A DNA stretch of 55,442 nt from a virus. Its lineage: Duplodnaviria > Caudoviricetes. The notes below the pieces were generated by a model. The model was given only the letters and a program-made list of their open reading frames with translations, searched no databases and was not told where the DNA came from. The stretch lies in IMG/VR virus record IMGVR_UViG_3300027859_000018, positions 1-55,442 of that record; one strand, 5' to 3'. Of this stretch, positions 1-9,930 are shown piece after piece. Position 1 is the first letter of the stretch, and every line of letters begins with the position of its first letter. Both the position numbers and the translations under genes were made by a program.

Positions 1-181
1 TAATACAAGTACGTCAACAACAACAACATATAATACCAGTACAACAACTACAACAACATTTGCAACGACTACCGTGTATACTACAACGTTTAATACAGGC
101 TTTAATACATTAACAACTTGGTACAATCCATCAACTAGAGCTTCACAGCCAGGAGATTCTGTGGTACATCCAAGAAGTTAG
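1..181 (+). CDS. 3' end of a Thr-rich repeat protein (probable fibre/surface protein), truncated by the window
   Basis: Frame from position 2 reads NTSTSTTTTYNTSTTTTTTFATTTVYTTTFNTGFNTLTTWYNPSTRASQPGDSVVHPRS, with stop TAG at 179-181. Confidence 0.7.
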   Translation, partial: NTSTSTTTTYNTSTTTTTTFATTTVYTTTFNTGFNTLTTWYNPSTRASQPGDSVVHPRS

Positions 182-197
182 TATTATATAAAAGCAT

Positions 198-209
198 GTA
201 ATTAATATA
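198..209 (+). promoter_or_regulatory. Putative late promoter box (GTAATWAWTA-like)
   Basis: GTAATTAATATA upstream of ATG 234; similar boxes recur before other late genes. Confidence 0.5.
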
Positions 210-233
210 ATATGTCAAATTAAATCAAATTTT

Positions 234-1133
234 ATGGAAATGTTTAACAAAAAAGAGCTCGATAAGAGGATTGGGCACTTAAAAAAAGATAGAAAGCTAT
301 ATAACCTTGAAGATGTTGAAGGTTATGTGCTTAGAAAATGTAGCGAAGTAGGGCTAAAAGCTAGTTATGATGTATTAGCAGATGAAATGCCTTATTTCAA
401 AACAATGGCATATACAGAATATGCTGGATGTTTTTATTTACAACCATTAAACTTTTTAATGAGAAATACTCAGTTGAGCGATGCATGGCATGATACAAGT
501 AAACAAAAAATAAATGATTATGCTTCGTGGTTTGTAAAAAGAGTTGTAGATAATAAGTCTAATAAATATGAGGATAGGGACGAAAGTTCTATAAATACTT
601 ATAAACCTAAAGATTATTTGGTAGTTTTACCAGGTTCTAATAAAGTAAGAGAAAACGTATGTTTAAATAGATTAAAACATATTGCTCATTTACATGGTGA
701 TAATGTATATTTTAAACCTCACCCAATAACAACACATCAAATTATTGGTGAATTAAAAGATTTTTTTGGTGAACATAATGTATTACCAAGAGATATAAAT
801 ATGTATTATTATATGCAAAAAGCTAAAGGTGTATATACAACGCATATAAGTGAAAGTTGTATATATTCTATTGTTTTAGGTAAAGATACTTCACCTATAG
901 ACGTATGGAATAATATACAAAGAGGATCTTTTTATACTATAAATAATTATTTATTTTATCATCAAAAAAATGCAAAAGACTTTATAAACAAATCTTTTTC
1001 AAATTATAAATCAGGTATTATAAATCCTGAGCTTGATAAAAACTGGAAAGAAAAAGTTGACAAGTACTTTCAATATATAATGTGGAAAAGAGAACAATAT
1101 AAGGGTTGGTTTGTAGAACAACCACCAAAATAA
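234..1133 (+). CDS. Putative GT-B glycosyltransferase, KpsS/KpsC (capsule synthesis)-like
   Basis: VYFKPHP motif followed by VYTTHISESCIYSIVLGK, resembling the K-x-HP ... V-x-T-x-x-S ... GK pattern of that family. Confidence 0.5.
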   Translation: MEMFNKKELDKRIGHLKKDRKLYNLEDVEGYVLRKCSEVGLKASYDVLADEMPYFKTMAYTEYAGCFYLQPLNFLMRNTQLSDAWHDTSKQKINDYASWFVKRVVDNKSNKYEDRDESSINTYKPKDYLVVLPGSNKVRENVCLNRLKHIAHLHGDNVYFKPHPITTHQIIGELKDFFGEHNVLPRDINMYYYMQKAKGVYTTHISESCIYSIVLGKDTSPIDVWNNIQRGSFYTINNYLFYHQKNAKDFINKSFSNYKSGIINPELDKNWKEKVDKYFQYIMWKREQYKGWFVEQPPK

Positions 1134-1151
1134 TAAATTAAATTAAATATC

Positions 1152-1421
1152 ATGGGAAAAACTTATAAAAAATCAGCACCTAAAGCTAAAGTAGCAACTG
1201 AATTAACTAAAGAAGAATTAGAAATTTTACAAACTATAATTCAAAAGTTAAACAATGGATCAGCACAAATAGGTAGCTTAGAAATACAAAAAGCCAGTTT
1301 ATTAAATAGCGTTAGATTAGTTCAACAAGATTTAGCTAATTTTCAAGACGGTATGAAAGAAAAGTATGGAAATGTAAAAATTAATATGCAAACTGGAAAA
1401 TTTGAATCAAATATAGAATAA
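1152..1421 (+). CDS. Coiled-coil hypothetical protein
   Basis: 89-aa ORF with heptad-like LQTIIQKL...LVQQDL and an A-rich start. Confidence 0.7.
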   Translation: MGKTYKKSAPKAKVATELTKEELEILQTIIQKLNNGSAQIGSLEIQKASLLNSVRLVQQDLANFQDGMKEKYGNVKINMQTGKFESNIE

Positions 1422-1423
1422 TC

Positions 1424-1645
1424 ATGTCGTCTCTAGTAAGAAAAATAAGTATAGGAAGAGATTATAAAAATGATGCAATGCACTATGCTGTAGGCCAAGA
1501 AGTTTATGGAAATCATATAATACATAGTATTATAGAGTCTGAAGATAAATTTTCAATATTTATTAAAAAAAATAGTGAAGTATTACCTTGGAAAGATTTT
1601 AATAAAAATATGGCTATAGCTGTTGAATATAATTTAGAATATTAA
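1424..1645 (+). CDS. Hypothetical protein
   Basis: 73-aa ORF tightly packed with neighbours; TAATG overlap with the next gene. Confidence 0.75.
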   Translation: MSSLVRKISIGRDYKNDAMHYAVGQEVYGNHIIHSIIESEDKFSIFIKKNSEVLPWKDFNKNMAIAVEYNLEY

Positions 1646-2235
1646 TGCAAAGTATATATAATTTTATAATTAAACCTAAGAATAAAAGATATAATAATAC
1701 AAAAAAAATTGGTGATAAAGAATTATTAGTTAATTCTGAAATATCTGATCACAGATATATAAGCCGTAATGGTATAGTTTTATCTAAACCTATATTAGAG
1801 CATGGAGAAATACAAAAGGGAGATGAAGTTATTGTTCATCATAATGTATTTAGGAGATGGTATGATATTAGGGGCAATGAACAAAATAGTAAAAGCTATT
1901 ATAAAGATAATAAATATTTTATAACGCTAGATCAAATATTTTTATATAAAAGAAATAATAAATGGCATGCGCCAAAAGGTTATTGTTTTGTTAAACCTAT
2001 AAAATCTAATGATATATTATTAAATGAAAAAGAAATACCGTTAAGAGGTATTATAAAATATGTTGATAAACAACTTGATAATATTAATAAAGAAGATTTA
2101 GTAGGTTTTACACCTGATAGCGAATATGAATTTATTGTTGATGGTGAAAGATTATATAGAGTACCAACTAATTCAATATCTATTAAATATGAACGTCAAG
2201 GAAACGAAGAAGAATATAATCCAAGCTGGGCATGA
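1645..2235 (+). CDS. GroES-fold-like protein (probable tandem domains)
   Basis: Two segments with GroES-like strands: FIIKP...GIVLS...IQKGDEVIV and CFVKP...GIIKY...INKEDLVGF...IVDGERLY. Confidence 0.5.
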   Translation: MQSIYNFIIKPKNKRYNNTKKIGDKELLVNSEISDHRYISRNGIVLSKPILEHGEIQKGDEVIVHHNVFRRWYDIRGNEQNSKSYYKDNKYFITLDQIFLYKRNNKWHAPKGYCFVKPIKSNDILLNEKEIPLRGIIKYVDKQLDNINKEDLVGFTPDSEYEFIVDGERLYRVPTNSISIKYERQGNEEEYNPSWA

Positions 2236-2461
2236 TGCAGTTAAAGAACTTATCAAAGTTGCTAAAGAGCCTATAGTTGAAACTGAAGATGATATATCAG
2301 CAGATAGATTAAAAAATGCAGCGGCTACAAAAAAGCTAGCTATATTTGATGCTTTTGAAATATTAAATCGTATTGAAGAAGAAAAAGCATTATTAGAAAA
2401 TAAACCATTAGAACAAAAAGAAAATGTTTTTAAAGGTTTTGCTGAAAAAAGATCTAAATAA
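2189..2461 (+). CDS. Putative terminase small subunit (likely start MNVKE at 2189)
   Basis: Helical 90-aa ORF coupled (TAATG) to the terminase large subunit; function inferred from position only. Confidence 0.5.
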   Translation: MNVKETKKNIIQAGHDAVKELIKVAKEPIVETEDDISADRLKNAAATKKLAIFDAFEILNRIEEEKALLENKPLEQKENVFKGFAEKRSK

Positions 2462-4671
2462 TGTATAAGCAAACTTTATATAAGGTTATAGAGCCTATAA
2501 AAATAAATACAATTAAAAGATTAAATAAATCTAAAAAGTGGGAATATGGATATAATAAAGAACACGATATTATCATTATATCAAAAACTGGTCAAATTGG
2601 CGAAATATATGAAATCCAAAATTTACGTATTGCTTTACCTAAACCCAAAAGCATATGTAAAAAGCATAATAAGTGGATTGCAAAAGAGTACCCAAAAGAA
2701 CTTCAAAAAGTAAAAACTATATTTGATTGGAAAGAGTTGCCACAAGATTTTAAAAATAAATGGCACGAATATATTGAAGATGAGTTTACTAAAAGAGAAC
2801 AAGGTTATTGGTTCTGCAATAAAGGTGTTGATACTTACATTACTGGTACTCACTACATGTACTTGCAGTGGACTAAAATTGACGTTGGCAAACCAGAGTT
2901 TAGGGAAGCAAACAGACTTTTCTTCATTTTCTGGGAAGCTTGCAAAGCTGACGATAGATCCTACGGAATGTGTTACCTCAAAAATAGGCGTTCTGGATTT
3001 TCATTTATGGCATCCAGCGAGGCAGTTAATTTGGCAACAATATCCTCTGACTCTAGGTACGGTATATTATCAAAGTCCGGTGCTGATGCTAAAAAGATGT
3101 TCACAGATAAAGTGGTACCCATATCGGTCAATTACCCCTTCTTTTTTAAACCAATACAAGACGGTATGGATCGTCCCAAAACCGAGTTGGCCTATCGTGT
3201 ACCAGCAAGTAAATTTACCAGACGTAAGATACTCGCGAACGAAAGGACCGAGGAGCTCGAAGGTTTGGACACCACAATCGACTGGAAAAATACCGGAGAT
3301 AACTCGTATGACGGGGAGAAATTATCCCTCCTTGTCCACGATGAAGCAGGAAAGTGGGAGAGGCCAGACAATATCCTCAACAACTGGAGGGTCACGAAAA
3401 CCACGTTAAGATTAGGGTCTAGAGTTATTGGTAAATGTATGATGGGTTCAACAAGTAACTCATTAGATAAAGGTGGCGAAAACTTTAAAAAACTATATGA
3501 TGATTCAGACGTTACAAAAAGAAACCGCAATGGACAGACTCGCTCGGGATTATATAGTTTGTTCATACCTATGGAATGGAACTACGAAGGATTCATTGAT
3601 TCTTATGGAATACCTGTATTCGACAGCCCGAAAGAAAAGACAGAAGATGTACATGGAACACTTATTGATGTCGGGGTCATTGCCCATTGGGAAAACGAAG
3701 TTGAAGGTTTAAAGGGAGACGCTGACGCTTTAAATGAATTTTATAGACAGTTCCCGCGTACTGAAGAACATGCTTTCAGAGACGAAACTAAAAATAGTAT
3801 ATTTAATCTAGCTAAAATATATGAACAAGTTGATTTTAATGAAGAAATAAAATTAACTTCAAATTATAGCACAGGTGATTTTCAATGGGAAAATGGTATT
3901 AAAGATACAAAAGTAAAATTTGTACCAAACCCCAAAGGAAGATTTAATATAAGCTGGGTACCTTCTGTAGAATTACAAAATAAATATATAACAAAAAATG
4001 GTATTAAACATCCAGGTAATGAACATATTGGAGCTTTTGGCTGTGATAGTTATGATATATCCGGAACTACAGATGGACAAGGGTCTAAAGGGGCTTTACA
4101 CGGTCTTACAAAATTTAGCATGGAAGATGCGCCGGCTAATAAGTTTTTTTTAGAATATATAGCTAGGCCTCAAACAGCTGAAATATTTTTTGAAGATATA
4201 TTAATGGCATTACATTTTTATGGTATGCCAATACTTGCAGAAAATAATAAACCAAGATTATTATATTATTTAAAAAGAAGAGGGTATAGAAAATACTCTA
4301 TGAATAGACCAGATAAAATCTGGAATAAATTATCTATAGCAGAAAAAGAAATAGGTGGAATACCTAATTCAAGCGAAGATATAAAACAAGCTCATGCAGC
4401 TGCAATTGAAAGTTATATAAATACATACGTGGGACAATTACCGTCAGGAGATTATGGAGACATGTATTTTAATAATACTTTAAATGATTGGGCAAAGTTT
4501 GACATAAATAAAAGAACTAAATTTGATGCAGCAATTAGTTCTGGTTTAGCTATAATGGCGTGTAACAGACATTTATATGCGCCAAGAATTAAAAAAGAAT
4601 ATAACAGTACAGTTAATTTTAGTTTTGCTAAATATAACAACAAAGGAAACATTTCAAAAATAATACAATAA
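2461..4671 (+). CDS. terL: Terminase large subunit
   Basis: Walker A-like KNRRSGFS, Walker B LLVHDEAGK, coupling motif GST, C-terminal RNase H-like nuclease (AFGCDSYD...FDAAIS). Confidence 0.92.
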   Translation: MYKQTLYKVIEPIKINTIKRLNKSKKWEYGYNKEHDIIIISKTGQIGEIYEIQNLRIALPKPKSICKKHNKWIAKEYPKELQKVKTIFDWKELPQDFKNKWHEYIEDEFTKREQGYWFCNKGVDTYITGTHYMYLQWTKIDVGKPEFREANRLFFIFWEACKADDRSYGMCYLKNRRSGFSFMASSEAVNLATISSDSRYGILSKSGADAKKMFTDKVVPISVNYPFFFKPIQDGMDRPKTELAYRVPASKFTRRKILANERTEELEGLDTTIDWKNTGDNSYDGEKLSLLVHDEAGKWERPDNILNNWRVTKTTLRLGSRVIGKCMMGSTSNSLDKGGENFKKLYDDSDVTKRNRNGQTRSGLYSLFIPMEWNYEGFIDSYGIPVFDSPKEKTEDVHGTLIDVGVIAHWENEVEGLKGDADALNEFYRQFPRTEEHAFRDETKNSIFNLAKIYEQVDFNEEIKLTSNYSTGDFQWENGIKDTKVKFVPNPKGRFNISWVPSVELQNKYITKNGIKHPGNEHIGAFGCDSYDISGTTDGQGSKGALHGLTKFSMEDAPANKFFLEYIARPQTAEIFFEDILMALHFYGMPILAENNKPRLLYYLKRRGYRKYSMNRPDKIWNKLSIAEKEIGGIPNSSEDIKQAHAAAIESYINTYVGQLPSGDYGDMYFNNTLNDWAKFDINKRTKFDAAISSGLAIMACNRHLYAPRIKKEYNSTVNFSFAKYNNKGNISKIIQ

Positions 4672-7092
4672 ATGAAAGTAGCAACTAAAGGTATTTTTCC
4701 AAGTCAGGCAGTGCCAGACATTGAGAAAGCAGATCCTAAGTATGGATTACAAGTTGGTAAAGCTATAGAGGACGAATGGTTTAAAAAAGACTCAGGAAGT
4801 ACCCGTTACTTTGCAAACAGAGACCAATTCCATAGATTAAAACTATATGCAAGAGGCGAACAAAGTGTTCAAAAATATAAAAATGAATTATCAATTAATG
4901 GTGATTTATCATATCTTAATTTAGATTGGAAGCCTGTACCTATTATACCTAAGTTTGTAGATATAGTTGTTAATGGTATTGCAGAAAGAGCTTATGATTT
5001 AAAAGCATATTCTATAGATAAAACAGCTAATGAAAAAAGAACCAAGTATATGGAGGATATACTAAGGGATATGCGTACAAAAGAATTTAATGAACAAGCT
5101 AAACAATTATTAGGCGTAGATACTAGAGTTACAAAAATTGAAACTAAAGATCTTCCTGAAAATAATGACGAGCTAGCTTTGCATATGCAATTAAACTATA
5201 AACAGGCTGTTGAAATAGCTGAAGAAGAGGCTATAAGTAATGTATTTGATGTAAATAATTATGATTTATTAAAGAAAAGATTAGATTATGATATTGTAAC
5301 GTTAGGTATGGCTTGTGTTAAAAATAGTTTTAATACAGCAGAAGGAATAAAATTAGATTATGTTGATCCTTCTGATTTAGTATATTCATATACAGAGTCA
5401 CCATATTTTGATGATATATATTATGTAGGTGAAGTAAGAAAAGTTAGTATAACTCAATTAAAAAAAGAGTTTCCTCAGTTAACAAAAGAGGATATAAAAA
5501 AGCTGGAGGATTACGGCACTAATCATAAAATGTATAATAGAGCTTATGTTAATTCAGATTCTAATGATAAAAGCATGGTTCATATATTATATTTTGAATA
5601 TAAAACTTTTGAAAATCAGGTTTATAAAGTAAAACGAACTGCATCAGGAGCTGAAAAATCTATAGAAAAAACGGATGAGTTCAATCCGCCTAAAGATTCT
5701 AGAGCTAGATTTGAAAAAGTACAAAGATCTATAGAGTGTTTATATTGTGGTGTTAAAATAGTTGGACAAGATAAAATTTTAAAATGGAGTAAAGCTGTTA
5801 ATATGACTCGACCTAAGTCTGATATTACTAAGGTTAAAATGAGTTATAATATAGTAGCACCAAGAATATATAAAGGTAAGCCAGAATCTTTAGTTAGCAG
5901 AATGACATCATTCGCAGACATGATTCAAATAACGCATTTAAAATTACAGCAAGTTCTTTCAAGAATGGTACCAGACGGCGTATTCTTAGATGCGGACGGC
6001 ATTGCGGAAGTAGATTTAGGTAATGGAACAAATTATAATCCACAAGAGGCATTAAATATGTACTTCCAAACCGGTAGTGTTATTGGTAGATCAATGACAC
6101 AAGACGGTGATTTTAATAACGCTAAAGTGCCTATACAAGAATTAAGAGCGGGTAGTGGCAGCGGTAAACTATCAAGCTTAATACAGTCTTATAATTATTA
6201 TTTACAAATGATGAGAGATGTTACTGGGCTTAATGAAGCAAGAGATGGTAGTATGCCTGATGGGCAAGCTTTAGTAGGTTTACAAAAACTTGCAGCTGCA
6301 AATAGCAACACCGCAACAAGACATATATTGCAAGCTGGTTTATATTTAACTTTAAAAACAGCTGAATGTATATCACTAAGAATATCTGATGTTTTAGAAT
6401 ATTCTAATACATCAAATGCTTTATTTGAAACTTTAGGTAAATTTAACGCAGGTACCTTAAAAGAATTACATTCTTTACATTTACATGACTTTGGTATATT
6501 TTTAGAATTAGCACCTGACGATACTGAAAAACAATTATTAGAAAATAATATACAAATGGCATTGCAACAAAAGCAAATTGAGCTAGACGATGCTATCGAT
6601 ATTAGAGAAATTAAAAATTTAAAATTAGCAAATCAATTGTTAAAGCTAAGAAGAAAGAAAAAGTTTCAGCAAGATAGACAAATTCAATTACAAAATATTC
6701 AAGCAAATTCTCAGTCTAATGCACAAGCTGCACAAGTAGCTGCACAAGCTGAAATGCAAAAACAACAAGGATTAGCACAAACTAAAGTACAAATTGCTGA
6801 AGCGCAAAACCAATTTGATATAGCAAAAATGGAAAGAGAAGCTGCAATTAAGAAAGAATTAATGGAACATGAATTTATGTTAAATATGCGACTTAAAGAA
6901 GTTGAATCAAATGTAATTAATAATAAAGAAAAGTATAAAGAAGATCGTAAAGATAAAAGAACAAAAATACAAGCTACTCAACAAAGTGAGTTGATTGACC
7001 AGAGAAAATCTGGTAAACCACCAAAAAACTTTGAATCTGCAGGATTTGATAACTTAGGTGGATTTGGTTTAGAACAATTTGAACCAAGATAA
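4672..7092 (+). CDS. Portal protein
   Basis: 806 aa directly after terL; IIPKFVDIVVNG motif; long Gln-rich C-terminal coiled-coil typical of podovirus portals. Confidence 0.88.
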   Translation: MKVATKGIFPSQAVPDIEKADPKYGLQVGKAIEDEWFKKDSGSTRYFANRDQFHRLKLYARGEQSVQKYKNELSINGDLSYLNLDWKPVPIIPKFVDIVVNGIAERAYDLKAYSIDKTANEKRTKYMEDILRDMRTKEFNEQAKQLLGVDTRVTKIETKDLPENNDELALHMQLNYKQAVEIAEEEAISNVFDVNNYDLLKKRLDYDIVTLGMACVKNSFNTAEGIKLDYVDPSDLVYSYTESPYFDDIYYVGEVRKVSITQLKKEFPQLTKEDIKKLEDYGTNHKMYNRAYVNSDSNDKSMVHILYFEYKTFENQVYKVKRTASGAEKSIEKTDEFNPPKDSRARFEKVQRSIECLYCGVKIVGQDKILKWSKAVNMTRPKSDITKVKMSYNIVAPRIYKGKPESLVSRMTSFADMIQITHLKLQQVLSRMVPDGVFLDADGIAEVDLGNGTNYNPQEALNMYFQTGSVIGRSMTQDGDFNNAKVPIQELRAGSGSGKLSSLIQSYNYYLQMMRDVTGLNEARDGSMPDGQALVGLQKLAAANSNTATRHILQAGLYLTLKTAECISLRISDVLEYSNTSNALFETLGKFNAGTLKELHSLHLHDFGIFLELAPDDTEKQLLENNIQMALQQKQIELDDAIDIREIKNLKLANQLLKLRRKKKFQQDRQIQLQNIQANSQSNAQAAQVAAQAEMQKQQGLAQTKVQIAEAQNQFDIAKMEREAAIKKELMEHEFMLNMRLKEVESNVINNKEKYKEDRKDKRTKIQATQQSELIDQRKSGKPPKNFESAGFDNLGGFGLEQFEPR

Positions 7093-7122
7093 CATTTTTT
7101 AACAATTATATAATATTATATT

Positions 7123-8379
7123 ATGGCAGAAGAATTAAAAGCACAAGCTGTAGAAGCGGAAGAACCGAAGTCTGTAGCTGAGCAAGAAAAAGAGGTATTA
7201 CAAAACGCCGGTGTAACCGTTGAAGAAGACGGTATGTACAAAGTAAATGTAGACGAAGTTAACAAATCAAAACAAGAACAAGATGCCGTTCAAGAACAAG
7301 AAACAGAGGATGGCGTGCTACGCGGAAGCAGCGAGAATGAAGAAACTGGGGAAGAAGCCGAAGTGGAACTGCAAGGAGTACGCGAAGAAGAAAAAATAGA
7401 AGAATTACCGATAATAGAAGAAATAACCGATGAAACCAATGAAACAAATACAACTGACGAGGCAGGAGTGGATGGAGGCCCTGAAGCTACCGACACCGCA
7501 TCGGAACAAGAAGAAGTATTATCGGAAGAAGAAACACAGGAATCTAAATTAGATTTACCAGAAAACGTAGAAGATCTGGTAAAATTTATGAATGAAACTG
7601 GTGGGACATTAGAAGATTATGTAAGATTAAATGCAGATTATTCTGATGTTGATGATAATACACTACTTATAGAGTATTATAAGCAAACAAAACCTCATCT
7701 ATCTTATGATGAAATACAATTTTTATTAGAAGATAAATTTTCAATTGATGAAGATTTAGACGATGAGAGAACACAAAAAAGAAAAAATTTAGCTCTGAAA
7801 GAAGAGGTTGCAGGTGCAAAAAGCTTTTTGGAAAACCTGAAAAAGGATTATTATAAAGAAGTCAAGTTGGGTTCTAATTTACTTCCTGATCAGCAAAAAG
7901 CAATTGAATTTTTCAACCGCTACAATGATGAGCAAAAATCGGCAGAACAATTACTGGCTAAGCAAACATCACATTTTACTAAAGAAACAAATAACGTTTT
8001 TAACAAAGATTTTAAAGGTTTTAATTTCAATGTTGACGATAAAAAATATCGTTTCAATATAAAAGATGTAAATAAAGAAAAAGAATCGCAAACTTTATCA
8101 AATGTTTTTGATAAATACGTTGATAAGAATAATCTTCTTAAAAACTCAGGTGATTTTCATAAAGCTTTATTTGCGGCTAAAAATCCTGACGCAATAGCTA
8201 ACCACTTTTACCAACAAGGTAAATCTGACGCAATCAAACAATTATCTAAAGAGGCTAAGAACATTAATATGGATCCTAGAAAAACTGCAGATGGTTATGT
8301 TGAAAGCGGTGGTTTAAAAGTTAGAGCAATAACAGGAGATAGTAATTCTAAGCTAAAACTAAAACTTAAAAATTACTAA
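7123..8379 (+). CDS. Capsid scaffolding protein
   Basis: Highly acidic N-half and helical C-half; lies between portal and capsid genes. Confidence 0.7.
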   Translation: MAEELKAQAVEAEEPKSVAEQEKEVLQNAGVTVEEDGMYKVNVDEVNKSKQEQDAVQEQETEDGVLRGSSENEETGEEAEVELQGVREEEKIEELPIIEEITDETNETNTTDEAGVDGGPEATDTASEQEEVLSEEETQESKLDLPENVEDLVKFMNETGGTLEDYVRLNADYSDVDDNTLLIEYYKQTKPHLSYDEIQFLLEDKFSIDEDLDDERTQKRKNLALKEEVAGAKSFLENLKKDYYKEVKLGSNLLPDQQKAIEFFNRYNDEQKSAEQLLAKQTSHFTKETNNVFNKDFKGFNFNVDDKKYRFNIKDVNKEKESQTLSNVFDKYVDKNNLLKNSGDFHKALFAAKNPDAIANHFYQQGKSDAIKQLSKEAKNINMDPRKTADGYVESGGLKVRAITGDSNSKLKLKLKNY

Positions 8380-8398
8380 ACTTTAAAATTTAAAAATT

Positions 8399-9850
8399 AT
8401 GGCAAACGCAACTTTTAGTTCGTTACCTACTGATATTACTCCTAATGCGAGTAAAGCAGTATTAGCGGACAATTATTTGAACTTCCATGGTTCAGGTGGT
8501 GCAAACTGGTCACAGCAGTATTTACCTGAATTATATGCTCAAGAAGTTGAAAGATACGGAAACCGTTCAGTTTCTTCTTTCTTGAGAATGGTAGGTGCAG
8601 AAATGCCTATGGCTTCTGATCAAGTTATTTGGTCTGAGCAAGGTAGATTGCATTTAGCATACGAAAACGCAGAAGTAGTTAATGATGGTACTATTACTGT
8701 ATCAGCGGGACACGCTGTTAGAGTAGGACAAACAATTGTACTATCTGACTTACAAACTTCACCAACTATTATTAAATGTTATGTATCAGAAGTAGGTTCT
8801 TCTACTACATTAAAAGTATTACCTTATGTAGGTGGTGCTTCAGTTGGTGCAGTTTCAGGATTTGACACAAAAGATGATAACTCGGCTAACAAGTGTTCAT
8901 TCTTTGTTTATGGTTCTGAATTTATTAAAGGATCAGGCCCTATGGCAGGATCAGTTACTCCAAACTTTTCAGTATTATCTAACAAACCAATTATCTTAAA
9001 AGACAGATTTGAAATCTCTGGTTCTGACACAGCTCAGATCGGATGGGTTGAAGTATCTGGTGAAACAGGTGTTGGCGGTTACTTATGGTACTTAAAAGCT
9101 GAAGGTGACACGAGAATGAGATTTGAAGATTATTTAGAAATGTCTATGATTGAAGCTGTTAAAGGAGACTCTAACAACGCTATTGATGAAGCTGCGGCTT
9201 ATGTCAGTGTAACAGGTCATGGTATTGCTAATGGCGACGCTATTGGATCTGAAGGTCTTTTCTCAGCTATTGAATCAAGAGGTATCGTAGCAGCTGACGC
9301 ATTTGACGCAGCAGGCGACGTTATTTCTGACTTTGACTTAATTCTAAAAAATCTAGATAAGCAAGGTGCTATTGAAGAAAATATGTTATTCTTAAATAGA
9401 GATGCTAATCTAATTTTAGATGATGGTCTTGCAAATGTATCTGCTGGTTCAGCTGGTGGTACTGCATTTGGAGTATTTGAAAATTCTGAAGACATGGCGT
9501 TAAACCTTGGATTTAGAGGATTCAGAAGAGGATCTTATGATTTCTATAAGACTGACTGGAAATATATGAACAACCCATCAGCTAGAGGATTATTCAGTGA
9601 TATTAAAGGGGTATTAGTACCTGCTGGAACATCATCTGTATACGATCAGCAATTAGGGCAAAACATTAGAAGACCTTTCTTACACGTAAGATATAGAGCT
9701 TCTCAGGCAGACGATAGAAGAATGAAATCTTGGATTACTGGCTCAGTCGGTGGGGCAACAGCATCAGGAGATGACGTAATGCAAATTAATTACTTATCAG
9801 AAAGATGTTTAGTTGTACAAGCGGCTAACAACTTTGTATTATTTAAATAA
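8399..9850 (+). CDS. Major capsid protein
   Basis: 483 aa, position after scaffold, biased codon use, followed by a strong hairpin. Confidence 0.85.
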   Translation: MANATFSSLPTDITPNASKAVLADNYLNFHGSGGANWSQQYLPELYAQEVERYGNRSVSSFLRMVGAEMPMASDQVIWSEQGRLHLAYENAEVVNDGTITVSAGHAVRVGQTIVLSDLQTSPTIIKCYVSEVGSSTTLKVLPYVGGASVGAVSGFDTKDDNSANKCSFFVYGSEFIKGSGPMAGSVTPNFSVLSNKPIILKDRFEISGSDTAQIGWVEVSGETGVGGYLWYLKAEGDTRMRFEDYLEMSMIEAVKGDSNNAIDEAAAYVSVTGHGIANGDAIGSEGLFSAIESRGIVAADAFDAAGDVISDFDLILKNLDKQGAIEENMLFLNRDANLILDDGLANVSAGSAGGTAFGVFENSEDMALNLGFRGFRRGSYDFYKTDWKYMNNPSARGLFSDIKGVLVPAGTSSVYDQQLGQNIRRPFLHVRYRASQADDRRMKSWITGSVGGATASGDDVMQINYLSERCLVVQAANNFVLFK

Positions 9851-9864
9851 TAGTACATAATATT

Positions 9865-9900
9865 ATAAGGTAACGGGTGCTTCGGCACCCAGACCCTTAT
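9865..9900 (+). terminator. Stem-loop after the capsid gene (terminator or mRNA stabiliser)
   Basis: GGGTGC-TTCG-GCACCC (9875-9890; cUUCGg tetraloop) extended by ATAAGG/CCTTAT; no immediate U-tract. Confidence 0.65.
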
Positions 9901-9930
9901 ATTAGTTTAAAATTTTTATTATATTATATC

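Noticed and set aside
2781-2870. Lipoprotein (o-spanin-like) signal in the +1-frame ORF inside terL
   Set aside because: Leu/Ile/Thr-rich stretches arise readily in the +1 frame, the lipobox is poor, and the site is far from the lysis genes
9877-9930. N-terminal extensions in the ORF track (also 2126, 17362, 44499, 47629, 54790)
   Set aside because: They overlap hairpins or upstream genes; downstream ATGs have better A-rich leaders or stop/start coupling
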